Assembly (NCBI GenBank): GCA_026003475.1
Contig: BPHJ01000001.1
Span: 613,189-677,188, forward strand
Source: Candidatus Kapaibacterium sp.
GTDB taxonomy: Bacteria; Bacteroidota; Ignavibacteria; Kapaibacteriales; NICIL-2
Direction of reading: 5' to 3'
DNA: 64,000 nt
The notes below the pieces were generated by a model. The model was not told where the DNA came from, searched no databases, and saw only the letters and a program-made list of their open reading frames with translations. Made by a program: the position numbers and the translations under genes. Below, one piece after another: positions 38,157-47,605 of this stretch (its first letter is position 1; each line of letters begins with the position of its first letter).

Positions 38157-39376
38157 GTTCGTACCGTATCATGCTTGATGGAACGCCATTCCCAGGCCGT
38201 CTGCAGCGGAGTGGCTTGGTCATGGCGATAATTGGTACCATCGCTTTTATTGCCGCAGGGATGGGCCATCCATCCTACTGGTGGGGTGGATACGTGCTCG
38301 GTTTCGTGTATGTGATGGGACTTTCCGTTACGTTGATTTTTTTCTCGGCGCTGTCCTATTTGGTCAATGCTGGGTGGGTTGCTGCAATTCGCCGCATTCC
38401 GGAATTGCTCTCGACGTTTGTGCTCTTTCTTCCGGTCGCTGCTGTTCCGCTCATTATTGGAGCAGTCAGCGGTAACATCTACGAGTGGATGCATTCAACC
38501 GATCCCCACCTTCATCATGGGTTCAAAGGCGTGTACTTGAGCGAACCGTTTTTCTGGGCACGGTTGGTGTTCTATGCGCTGATCTGGATTGTGATGTACC
38601 GCGTCATTGTCGGGAATTCGTTTGCTCAAGATACCAGCAGTGATATTGGACCAACACAACGGAACTGGAAGCTGGCCGCACCATTTGTCCTGCTCTATGC
38701 ACTGACGATCACGTTCGCGTCGTTCGACCTTGTCATGACATTGGAGCCGCACTGGTTTAGCACCATTTTCGGAGTGTATTCGTTCGCGGGACATTTCGTT
38801 GCGGCTCTCTCTCTGACCATGATCCTGATGCGCATGCTCGATCGCGGTGGGTATCTGCAGGGCATACTAAGCCGCGAACACTATCACGACGTTGGCAAGC
38901 TGATGTTTGCCTTCACGATTTTCTGGACGTACGTTGCGTTCTCGCAATACTTCATCATCTGGTACGGCAATCTGCCCGAAGAAACGGTCTTTTTTGCTAA
39001 GCGACTTGTCAATGGGTGGGAGATCTTTGGCTGGGCGTCGTTGGTCGTTCATTTCATCGTACCGTTCCTCTTCCTGCTGCGGCAGGACGTCAAGCGGCGC
39101 CCGCGGCTGGTAACTGTTGGTGCCGTCATACTCCTGATTGCTCACGCCATTGATCTGAGCTGGATAATATTGCCTGTGTTCTCTGCAGCTCATGGTGAAC
39201 CCTATCACTTGTCTTGGGCACTGGTTCTCTGTGGCTGGGGTGCGATCGTTGCCTTTATTGGTGTGCTGTTGATTGTCGCAGGTCATGCCTTCCGCCGACA
39301 TTCGGCAGTAGCATATAACGATCCCTATTTGCACGAATCGCTGGAGTATCATACAGGCGCCTACGACCCGACGTGA
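38153..39376 (+). CDS. actF: Alternative complex III membrane subunit ActF
   Basis: AGW...IRRIPE, YEW, K..YL..PFF..R, D..M.LEPHWFSTIFG, HDVGKLMFAF..FW.Y..FSQY..IWY.NLPEE. Confidence 0.93.
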   Translation: MSSYRIMLDGTPFPGRLQRSGLVMAIIGTIAFIAAGMGHPSYWWGGYVLGFVYVMGLSVTLIFFSALSYLVNAGWVAAIRRIPELLSTFVLFLPVAAVPLIIGAVSGNIYEWMHSTDPHLHHGFKGVYLSEPFFWARLVFYALIWIVMYRVIVGNSFAQDTSSDIGPTQRNWKLAAPFVLLYALTITFASFDLVMTLEPHWFSTIFGVYSFAGHFVAALSLTMILMRMLDRGGYLQGILSREHYHDVGKLMFAFTIFWTYVAFSQYFIIWYGNLPEETVFFAKRLVNGWEIFGWASLVVHFIVPFLFLLRQDVKRRPRLVTVGAVILLIAHAIDLSWIILPVFSAAHGEPYHLSWALVLCGWGAIVAFIGVLLIVAGHAFRRHSAVAYNDPYLHESLEYHTGAYDPT

Positions 39377-39431
39377 GCCTGCTGCCGACAGGGTGAGCGT
39401 TGCAGTACACACGCAACAGTTCGGATGCATG

Positions 39432-39457
39432 TGTAACAAAGCATGGTGTGGTGCGTA
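39432..39457 (+). promoter_or_regulatory. Putative ECF sigma promoter upstream of pspC
   Basis: TGTAAC-N16-CGTA, ending 36 nt before ATG 39494; closely resembles Bacillus SigW/SigX-type consensus; overlaps a TAGATTGC element. Confidence 0.5.
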
Positions 39458-39493
39458 GATTGCAGCAGAAGCATCACCACCTCGGTACCGACC

Positions 39494-39979
39494 ATGGCTG
39501 ACCGACTCTATCGCTCTCGCGTGGAGCGCAAACTTGCAGGGGTTTGTGGCGGGATCGCGGATTATTTCGATCTCGACCCATCGCTGGTCCGCATCCTGTT
39601 TGTTCTGCTTGCGTTCTTCAATGGTTTTGGGATCGTGGCATACATCGTATGCTGGATTGTGTTGCCCGAACAGCAGCTGGATGCGCAGACTCTCCACCCT
39701 CCCGTGGAGACGACATCCTTCGAACAAGAAGCTGCGGCAGGAACGTCCCTTCGCCGGACCGGACCGAATACCAAACGGTGGGCAACTGGTCTTGGCATCC
39801 TCCTCATCGCGGTTGGCTTTGCAATCTTGGTCGAGCGATTCGTCCCGTGGCTGGACTTTGGTGATCTACTGCCGTACTTGCTGATACTCGCTGGTATTGC
39901 CCTCCTCTATCGAGGATGGAATCTCCGGAAGCAAGAATACCGCAGCTCTACGTTGGAGGATGCAAGCAATGTATCGTAA
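39494..39979 (+). CDS. pspC: PspC domain protein with a C-terminal LiaI/LiaF-like (DUF5668) TM hairpin
   Basis: RLYRSRVERKLAGVCGGIADYFDLDPSLVRILF...AYIVCWIVLP; C-terminal GILLIAVG...LPYLLILAG. Confidence 0.9.
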   Translation: MADRLYRSRVERKLAGVCGGIADYFDLDPSLVRILFVLLAFFNGFGIVAYIVCWIVLPEQQLDAQTLHPPVETTSFEQEAAAGTSLRRTGPNTKRWATGLGILLIAVGFAILVERFVPWLDFGDLLPYLLILAGIALLYRGWNLRKQEYRSSTLEDASNVS

Positions 39980-40382
39980 CCATGCGTTTTGGGGTGCGGT
40001 ATGCATCGCTGTTGGGGCTACGCTCCTTGCGCGGCAGTACCTGCATGCGTTGGAAAATGTCGAAGTACTCGCACCGGCAGTTCTCGGTGTTGGGCTGATT
40101 CTGCTGGGACTGTCATTTGTCATCAAGCAGCAGCTTGCGCGCGCAATTGCCGCGTTTCTGGCGGGCATATGCATTGGGTTCTATGCTGGTGTTGCGCTCA
40201 CCAATGAGCGAGTCCTGCGCCGTCCGATTCGGATTTCCTGTGCCACTCATGACTCGTTCGACCACACTACGACGGATGAGGAAGAGCAGTCCGATGAAGA
40301 CACTGCAGAGCAGCACCGTAACAATGACACGCTTCCGCATTTACCCGATACACTTCGCCAGCGCATGAAGCCCCTCTATTGA
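39969..40382 (+). CDS. Hypothetical membrane protein (LiaF-like TM region, acidic tail)
   Basis: Three hydrophobic segments starting FWGAVCIAVG; overlaps the pspC end; tail DEEEQSDED; start uncertain (39960 or 39969). Confidence 0.65.
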   Translation: MYRNHAFWGAVCIAVGATLLARQYLHALENVEVLAPAVLGVGLILLGLSFVIKQQLARAIAAFLAGICIGFYAGVALTNERVLRRPIRISCATHDSFDHTTTDEEEQSDEDTAEQHRNNDTLPHLPDTLRQRMKPLY

Positions 40383-40407
40383 TTCAACAACTTGTGAGGA
40401 TGGAAGG

Positions 40408-41715
40408 ATGGAAACCACGTCGCTGTGGCAGCCTCGCCACGTGCAAAGCATCGAGCTTGTTGCCTTAGCAGAGCGATTCGGAACGCCGCTCTACGTGTAC
40501 GATGCGGAGCGGATCATTGAGCAGTATCGCCGTTTTGTGGGTGCATTTGACCCAACGCTCTCAGTTGCGGTCAAGTTCGCCTGCAAAGCATTGCCATCGC
40601 TTGCAGTCATCGAGTTGCTCCACCAATGCGGTGCTGGGGTTGATGCCGTCTCGATCGAAGAAGTCGAGCTCGCCTTTCGTGCTGGTGTGCCGCCATCGGA
40701 GATATGTTTTACGCCTAATTGTGTCAGCTTCGACGAAATCCGCGCTGGTGTGGAGCGCGGTGTTGTCGTCAACATTGACGACCTGTCCATGCTCGAACGC
40801 TTCGGGCATTACTACGGCGGTCGTGTCGGGTGTGGCATCCGTATCAATCCCCACATCGTTGCTGGTGGCAATCCACACATTCAAGTCGGACACATTGATT
40901 CAAAGTTCGGCATTTCGATCCTGCAAGTACGCCATCTTCTCCGCATCGTCGAGAGCTACGGGATTCGGGTGATCGGACTGCACATGCATACCGGTTCAGA
41001 CATCTACGACGCAGAAGTATTCGTCCGCGCAGCCGAAGTACTCTTCGATCTTGCTGAGCATTTTCCCGCACTCGAATACATTGACTTGGGGAGTGGCTTC
41101 AAAGTCCCTTACAAACCTGACGACACCGCCACCGACATCGCCGAATTTGGGCAGGTGATGAGTCGAGCCTTTGGCCAATTCTGTCATCGGACGGGGCGCT
41201 CGCTGAAACTCTGGTTTGAACCGGGCAAGTTCTTAGTCAGTGAAGCCGGGTACCTACTGGTTCAGGTGAACGTGGTCAAACAAACCGTCTCGTCGCTCTT
41301 TGCTGGAGTCAATTCTGGCATGAACCATCTTCTCCGCCCGATGCTGTACGATGCCTACCATCATGTGGTGAATGTGTCCAACCCCACTGGGAAGCCGCGC
41401 ATCTATTCGGTTGTGGGCTACATCTGTGAAACCGATACCTTCGCATGGGACCGGCCGATTGCGGAAATTCGGGAGGGCGACTTTCTCTGCATCATGAACG
41501 CTGGTGCGTATGGGTATGCGATGAGCTCCAACTACAATGCGCGAGTTCGCCCCGCAGAAGTGTTAGTCTGGCAAGGGCAACCGCTCCTGATTCGCCGGCG
41601 CGAGACTGTCGAGGATCTGGTGCGGACGCAGCGAACACTCTCGGAGGCGCTTGCTGCAACGCCAACGCCGCTGGAGGATGCATCACTGCCTGCTCGTGGG
41701 AAGCCCATGGTGTGA
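40408..41715 (+). CDS. lysA: Diaminopimelate decarboxylase
   Basis: [15 protein letters not shown] (PLP lysine), [33 protein letters not shown]. Confidence 0.96.
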   Translation: METTSLWQPRHVQSIELVALAERFGTPLYVYDAERIIEQYRRFVGAFDPTLSVAVKFACKALPSLAVIELLHQCGAGVDAVSIEEVELAFRAGVPPSEICFTPNCVSFDEIRAGVERGVVVNIDDLSMLERFGHYYGGRVGCGIRINPHIVAGGNPHIQVGHIDSKFGISILQVRHLLRIVESYGIRVIGLHMHTGSDIYDAEVFVRAAEVLFDLAEHFPALEYIDLGSGFKVPYKPDDTATDIAEFGQVMSRAFGQFCHRTGRSLKLWFEPGKFLVSEAGYLLVQVNVVKQTVSSLFAGVNSGMNHLLRPMLYDAYHHVVNVSNPTGKPRIYSVVGYICETDTFAWDRPIAEIREGDFLCIMNAGAYGYAMSSNYNARVRPAEVLVWQGQPLLIRRRETVEDLVRTQRTLSEALAATPTPLEDASLPARGKPMV

Positions 41716-43773
41716 CGCCTGCGATGATGCTGACTCGATCTCCAGTGCTAACTGCAGGCGTTGAATCTCGTCCCGAAGACTGGCTGCACGTTCGAAGTCA
41801 AGGTCGCGTGCGGCTTGCTTCATCTGCGCAAAAAGTTCAGCAATAAGCTCCTGCAATTTTTCTGGTGGTAACTTTTCGAGCAGGGGCTCGACGGCTTGCC
41901 GCTGGCGGATTGCTTCCGAATCTTTTTTCCGTTTGTCGCGCTGGGCTTTGACGTCAGCAACAGTCGTGGCTTGGAGGATCTCATCGAGCGATTTGTAAAC
42001 CGTGCGGGGATTGATGCCATGTTTTCTATTGTACTCTTGTTGCAAGTGTCGTCGCCGGTTCGTTTCTTCGATGACTTGTTGCATCGAGTGTGTGATTGTA
42101 TCGGCATAGAGGATGACCATTCCATCCTCGTTGCGAGCAGTGCGACCGGCAATTTGGAGCAGGGAACGTTGGCTGCGCAGAAACCCTTCTTTGTCAGCAT
42201 CCAAGATGGCGACCAGCGATACTTCGGGCATGTCGAGTCCCTCGCGGAGAAGGTTCACGCCGACTAAAACATCGAATTCGCCCAGTCGCAATTTGCGGAT
42301 AATCTCGACACGGTTGAGCGCATCAATTTCACTGTGAATGTACGCTACCCGAATACCAAGATTGCCAAGGTAATCGGCAAGGTCTTCAGCCATGCGTTTG
42401 GTCAGGGTTGTCACCAGTACGCGTTGTTTCCGTTCGATGCGCAGGCGAATTTCCTCGAGTAAATCATCAATCTGTGTGCGGATCGGGCGCACCTCGATGC
42501 GTGGATCGAGCAGTCCCGTTGGGCGAATGATTTGCTCGACGACGACTCCACCACACTTCTGAAGCTCATAGTCGCCTGGCGTTGCGCTGACAAAGATGAC
42601 CTGGTTGATGAGGGACTCGAACTCCTCGAAACGGAGCGGACGATTTTCCAATGCAGACGGGAGGCGAAAACCGTATTCAACCAAGATTTCTTTCCGCTGA
42701 CGGTCGCCGTTGTACATCGCGCGTATCTGCGGTATCGTCACATGACTTTCGTCAATGATGAGCAGGTAGTCAGGGGGGAAGTAGTCAATGAGTGTTGTCG
42801 GTCGCTGTCCGAAGGTTCTACCGGCAAGATGCATCGAGTAGTTCTCGATGCCGGAGCAATAACCGACCTCTTTGAGCATTTCCAGGTCGTAGAGCGTGCG
42901 TTGTTCGAGCCGTTGGGCCTCGACGTATTTCCCTTGTGCGTTGAGTTCCCGCAGACGGTGATAGAGCTCATCTTTGATGGCTGCAATCGCGCGCTGAAGG
43001 TTAGCGCCAGTGGTCACAAATTGACGGGCAGGGTAGAGCGTGTACTCATCGAATGTCTCGAGCGTTGCCGAATCCACCAAGCGAATGAGGGAGAGTCGCT
43101 CGATCGTGTCGTCCCAGAGCTCGATGCGAAGAGCGACGTCGTCTTCGTAGGCGGGAACCACATCGATGACATCCCCGCGTACACGGTAGCAAGCACGGGT
43201 CAGATCGCTATCGTTGCGGCTGAAGAGTAACTCATTGAGTCGTTCGAGGAGCTGTTTGCGCCGTATTTGCATCCCCACCCGAAGGGGGAACATCATCGCG
43301 GCAAACTCGTCTTTGGAGCCGATACCGTAAATGCAACTGACCGATGCAACGATAATGACATCCCTTCGCCCTTCAACCAATGCCGACGTTGCACGTAGCC
43401 GAAGGCGATCAATTTCATCGTTGATCGCGATGTCCTTTTCGATGTAGGTGTCGGTGCTGGGCAGGTAAGCCTCGGGCTGGTAGTAGTCGTAGTAGCTAAT
43501 GAAAAACTCGATGGCGTTGTGTGGGAAGAAGCTCTTGAACTCACCATACAACTGTGCCGCGAGCGTTTTGTTGGGTGAGATGACAAGCGTTGGGCGCTGA
43601 ACCTGCGCGATGACGTTGCTCATGGTGAACGTTTTGCCTGAGCCAGTAACACCGAGCAAAGTTTGGTAGCGGTCGCCACGTTCGAGTCCAGCGACCAGCT
43701 CGGCGATTGCTTTTGGTTGGTCACCAGCGGGTTGATAGGGCGATACAAGCTGAAACTGACCTGGTGGCTTCAT
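41683..43773 (-). CDS. uvrB: Excinuclease ABC subunit B
   Basis: [51 protein letters not shown] domain FERAA.LRD. Confidence 0.98.
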   Translation of the reverse strand: MKPPGQFQLVSPYQPAGDQPKAIAELVAGLERGDRYQTLLGVTGSGKTFTMSNVIAQVQRPTLVISPNKTLAAQLYGEFKSFFPHNAIEFFISYYDYYQPEAYLPSTDTYIEKDIAINDEIDRLRLRATSALVEGRRDVIIVASVSCIYGIGSKDEFAAMMFPLRVGMQIRRKQLLERLNELLFSRNDSDLTRACYRVRGDVIDVVPAYEDDVALRIELWDDTIERLSLIRLVDSATLETFDEYTLYPARQFVTTGANLQRAIAAIKDELYHRLRELNAQGKYVEAQRLEQRTLYDLEMLKEVGYCSGIENYSMHLAGRTFGQRPTTLIDYFPPDYLLIIDESHVTIPQIRAMYNGDRQRKEILVEYGFRLPSALENRPLRFEEFESLINQVIFVSATPGDYELQKCGGVVVEQIIRPTGLLDPRIEVRPIRTQIDDLLEEIRLRIERKQRVLVTTLTKRMAEDLADYLGNLGIRVAYIHSEIDALNRVEIIRKLRLGEFDVLVGVNLLREGLDMPEVSLVAILDADKEGFLRSQRSLLQIAGRTARNEDGMVILYADTITHSMQQVIEETNRRRHLQQEYNRKHGINPRTVYKSLDEILQATTVADVKAQRDKRKKDSEAIRQRQAVEPLLEKLPPEKLQELIAELFAQMKQAARDLDFERAASLRDEIQRLQLALEIESASSQASHHGLPTSRQ

Positions 43774-43813
43774 CACACACAGGTGAAAATTTGACTTCCG
43801 ATTGGAAACACAG

Positions 43814-43821
43814 TACTTTTG
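43814..43821 (+). promoter_or_regulatory. Bacteroidota-type -7 promoter element upstream of queA-glgP
   Basis: TACTTTTG, 30 nt before ATG 43852. Confidence 0.6.
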
Positions 43822-43851
43822 CAACTTGTAAAGCTACGAACCTTTTCCAGT

Positions 43852-44910
43852 ATGGCGCCTAATTCTTCCAAGCTGTCTGAATTGAAAGTCAACGTCCCAG
43901 CGGCGGCAATTGCCCAACAGCCGCTCCCCAAACGGGATGCAAGCCGGATGTTAGTGCTCAACCGTGCAACCGGTGACATCAACGACGATAAATTCAAGAA
44001 CTTCACCAAATACTTCCAAAAAGGTGATGTTCTGGTTCTCAACGATACAAAAGTGTTTCCTGCACATTTGGTCGGTGCCAAAGAAAAAGGTGATGTTCGC
44101 ATTGACGTCTATCTCTTGCGAGAGCTCCGGCGTGATGAGAGGCTCTGGGACGTGGTTGTTGAACCAGCGCGAAAGGTGCGGATTGGCAACAAGGTGTTCT
44201 TCGATGGCGGCCGATTCTATTGCGAGATCATCGAGAATACCACGACGCGCGGACGCATCGCACGCTTTTCGTATGATGGCGATCTTTTTCCGGTGCTCAA
44301 CCGCATCGGTCAAATGGCGCTCCCGAGCTATATCACGCGCGAACACACCGAGGATGATCGTGAGCGCTTCCAGACCGTCTTTGCCAATCCTGCAAAACGT
44401 TTCTCGATTGCACCACCCACTGCAGGGCTTCACTTCACCAAAGAAACGCTCAAGGCAATTGCCAAACAAGGCGTCCAGATTACCTACGTGACGCTCCATC
44501 TGGGACAATGCGTCCTCGAACCAATCGAAGTCGAAGACCTTAGTAAACATCGCATGTACAGCGAGTATTTCGAGGTCAGCCGCGAAACATCCGAGATCAT
44601 CAACAAAGCCCTCAAATCGCGCAAGAATGTGTACGTGGTTGGCTGCTCGACGCTGCGGGCACTCGAATCGAGTATTTTGACAGCAAACATGATCAAGCCG
44701 AATCGGGGCTGGACCGATAAGTACATCTACCCTCCCTACGAATTCAAGATCAAATTCCGACTGCTCACGAATTTCCATCCTTACGGGTCGTCCTCGCAAG
44801 TCTTGGCTGCTGCGGTTGCTGGGGTAGATAACCTTGTGCATGCTTACCGCCATGCTGTCAAGCAGGGGTATCGCTTCTTTGCCTATGGCGATGCAATGCT
44901 CATCGTATAG
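43852..44910 (+). CDS. queA: S-adenosylmethionine:tRNA ribosyltransferase-isomerase (QueA family, divergent)
   Basis: IAQ.P...RD.SRML, NDTKVFPA, PTAGLHF, TNFH, YRFFAYGDAMLI; several other motifs are altered. Confidence 0.82.
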   Translation: MAPNSSKLSELKVNVPAAAIAQQPLPKRDASRMLVLNRATGDINDDKFKNFTKYFQKGDVLVLNDTKVFPAHLVGAKEKGDVRIDVYLLRELRRDERLWDVVVEPARKVRIGNKVFFDGGRFYCEIIENTTTRGRIARFSYDGDLFPVLNRIGQMALPSYITREHTEDDRERFQTVFANPAKRFSIAPPTAGLHFTKETLKAIAKQGVQITYVTLHLGQCVLEPIEVEDLSKHRMYSEYFEVSRETSEIINKALKSRKNVYVVGCSTLRALESSILTANMIKPNRGWTDKYIYPPYEFKIKFRLLTNFHPYGSSSQVLAAAVAGVDNLVHAYRHAVKQGYRFFAYGDAMLIV

Positions 44911-44920
44911 GCGCTAAGCA

Positions 44921-47500
44921 GTGAACGTCCGTCCACTCAAAATTTTTACCGTCGCCTCGGTTGTTCCAGAAGAGCTATCGTTCTTGGAACGGCTGGCGTA
45001 CAACTTTTGGTGGTCCTGGAATCGAAAAGCCGAATCGCTGTTTGCCACGATTGATGCGATGCGGTGGGAGCGATTGCGACGGAATCCGGTGCGGTTACTC
45101 AAGGAAACACCCCAGGAGCGCTACCGGCAGCTTGTCGGTGATGCCAGCTACCGCCGATTGCTCGAGGAGGTCGAGCGTGAACTCGATGCCTATCTGGGCG
45201 CACCGCCACAGGTCGAATGGAAGCACGAGGGTCTGGTCGCGTACTTCTGTGCTGAATATGGGATCAGCGAATGCTTCCAGAATTACAGCGGTGGGCTCGG
45301 CGTTCTTGCTGGCGATCATCTCAAGACAGCCTCCGATATGGGACTGCCGATGGTTGGTCTTGGTTTGCTCTACCAGCAAGGGTACTTTCATCAGCACGTC
45401 ACCTATAACGGTTGGCAGCAGGAGAATTTCCTCGATTACGACTTCTCGCTGTTACCAATCGAACGTGTTCTAACCAAGGATGCCCGCCCACTGACTGTAA
45501 CGGTCGAACTTCCTGAAGGGGACGTCCATGCGCACGTTTGGAAAGCCATGGTGGGGCGTGTGCCCCTCTACTTACTTGACACAAACATATCGGAAAACCA
45601 ACCCAACCCGATGTATCAGAACATTACCGACCAACTCTACGGGGGCACTCAAGAGACGCGGATCATGCAGGAAATGGTTCTGGGGATTGGGGGGATTCGA
45701 GCGCTCCAGGCACTGGGAATCGAGCCAGCCGTGGTGCATGTCAACGAAGGGCATGCCGCGTTCTGCACGTTGGAGTGGACGCGGCAGTATGCGCAGCGGT
45801 ACGGAATTTCATTCCAGGCCGCGGCCGAGATTACACGCACGCAGACTTGCTTTACGACCCATACGCCAGTGCCGGCGGGCAATGAAATTTTCTCCCTCGG
45901 GTTGATGGAAAAGTACTTTGCCCGTTACCATCCACAGCTTGGGTTGAGTTGGAAAGAGTTTATTGCACTCGGCCAGGCAAACCACGGTTCCAACGACGAG
46001 GGATTTTCGATGACGATCCTCGGACTACGGATGAGTAATCACCGCAATGGCGTCAGCAAACTCCATGCGCATGTCGCTCGAACAATGTGGCAGGCGCTCT
46101 GGCCGCACGTACCAACAGACGAAGTGCCAATCGTTGGTATCACCAACGGCGTGCATATTCATACGTGGGTTGCCAGTGATGTCGCAGCGCTCTACGATCG
46201 CGTTCTGGGTCCACTCTGGCGAGAACGTCCGCATGATCCAACGGTTTGGGAGTCCATTGTAACGGTTCCCGACGCTGAACTATGGGCAGTGCATACGAGG
46301 CGCCGGCAACGGTTGCTGGAATCGGTCCGTGAGCACATTGCCTATCAGCGGGGATACTACGACGACGAGCACCGACAGCGTGCAATCGCGGCGCTCCATC
46401 CCAATTGCCTGATCATCGGTTTTGCTCGTCGTTTTGCGACCTACAAACGATCCGATCTGCTGTTTCGAAATTGGGAACGGCTGGCGTCGCTCCTGAAGAA
46501 TCCCTCGCGACCTGTTGTGGTGTTGCTTGCGGGGAAAGCCCATCCCCACGATCACGCAAGCAAAGAAATGATGCAACACATACTGGCAGGCATCCGTGCG
46601 ACCGGACTGGAGGATCACGTCCTCTTTCTCGAGGATTATGATCTTGGGATTGCGCGCGCACTGGTCAAGGGGGCAGATGTCTGGCTCAACACTCCACGCC
46701 GTCCCTATGAAGCATCCGGAACAAGCGGAATGAAAGCTGCTCTCAATGGCGTTCTGCATTGCAGCATTCTCGATGGCTGGTGGGTCGAAGCTGCTCGAGG
46801 TGATAACGGCTTCACAATCGGCAGGGGAGAAGAGTACGCCAGCACCGATGAACAAGATGCACACGAAAGTGAAAGCCTCTACCAGCTTCTCGAAAACGAC
46901 ATTGTTCCGATGTTCTACGAGCGCGATGCAGCAGGTATTCCGCGCCGGTGGGTTCAACGGATGAAGATGGCCATTGCGACGCTTGCCGCGCAATTCACCA
47001 CTCATCGCATGCTCAATGAGTATCGGTTAGGGTTCTACGAACCAGCCGGAGCATTGGGACGCGTGCTCACGCGCGACCGTGCACGAGCAGCACAACAGTT
47101 GTGGCAGTGGAAATCCTCGCTCGAGGCTCGATGGAAGACGCTCAAGCCTTGTGCTCTCGATGTACCAGAGCAAACCTTTACTCGTGTCGGTGAACCAATC
47201 TACGTCCGGCTTGTTCTCGATTGTGGTGCGATGCGCCCCGATGAGTTGTTGGTTCAAGTCTATTTCGGTCCGGTCAATTCCCGTGGCGAATTCTTGAGCG
47301 CACAGACAGCGAATCTGTCCTGCGTGCGTATTGAAGGTAGTATTGCAACCTTCGAGGGTACGTACTCGACAGCAGAGAGCGGCCACCATGGAGTGGCACT
47401 TCGAGTGCTCCCTTACCATCCACACGTACCCAACACAGTGGATGTTGGACTTGCTCTCTGGATAGACTCGCAGGACATATCTGCTGCGCCCACTCATTGA
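44921..47500 (+). CDS. glgP: Alpha-glucan (glycogen) phosphorylase
   Basis: YSGGLGVLAGDHLK, NEGH, FTTHTPVPAG, ITNGVH, FARRFATYKR, EASGTSGMKA, LDGWW. Confidence 0.96.
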   Translation: MNVRPLKIFTVASVVPEELSFLERLAYNFWWSWNRKAESLFATIDAMRWERLRRNPVRLLKETPQERYRQLVGDASYRRLLEEVERELDAYLGAPPQVEWKHEGLVAYFCAEYGISECFQNYSGGLGVLAGDHLKTASDMGLPMVGLGLLYQQGYFHQHVTYNGWQQENFLDYDFSLLPIERVLTKDARPLTVTVELPEGDVHAHVWKAMVGRVPLYLLDTNISENQPNPMYQNITDQLYGGTQETRIMQEMVLGIGGIRALQALGIEPAVVHVNEGHAAFCTLEWTRQYAQRYGISFQAAAEITRTQTCFTTHTPVPAGNEIFSLGLMEKYFARYHPQLGLSWKEFIALGQANHGSNDEGFSMTILGLRMSNHRNGVSKLHAHVARTMWQALWPHVPTDEVPIVGITNGVHIHTWVASDVAALYDRVLGPLWRERPHDPTVWESIVTVPDAELWAVHTRRRQRLLESVREHIAYQRGYYDDEHRQRAIAALHPNCLIIGFARRFATYKRSDLLFRNWERLASLLKNPSRPVVVLLAGKAHPHDHASKEMMQHILAGIRATGLEDHVLFLEDYDLGIARALVKGADVWLNTPRRPYEASGTSGMKAALNGVLHCSILDGWWVEAARGDNGFTIGRGEEYASTDEQDAHESESLYQLLENDIVPMFYERDAAGIPRRWVQRMKMAIATLAAQFTTHRMLNEYRLGFYEPAGALGRVLTRDRARAAQQLWQWKSSLEARWKTLKPCALDVPEQTFTRVGEPIYVRLVLDCGAMRPDELLVQVYFGPVNSRGEFLSAQTANLSCVRIEGSIATFEGTYSTAESGHHGVALRVLPYHPHVPNTVDVGLALWIDSQDISAAPTH

Positions 47501-47605
47501 GAGGACGACAGCGCGATCTACGCTGCTGGTATCGTCGGTTATCATCGTGGGTGCGTGGTATATTGCGCTCCGTTTTTCCGTTGCACAATCTCCATACGCG
47601 TTCGG

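Noticed and set aside
40383..40407. Lysine riboswitch before lysA
   Set aside because: The intergenic space is only 25 nt.
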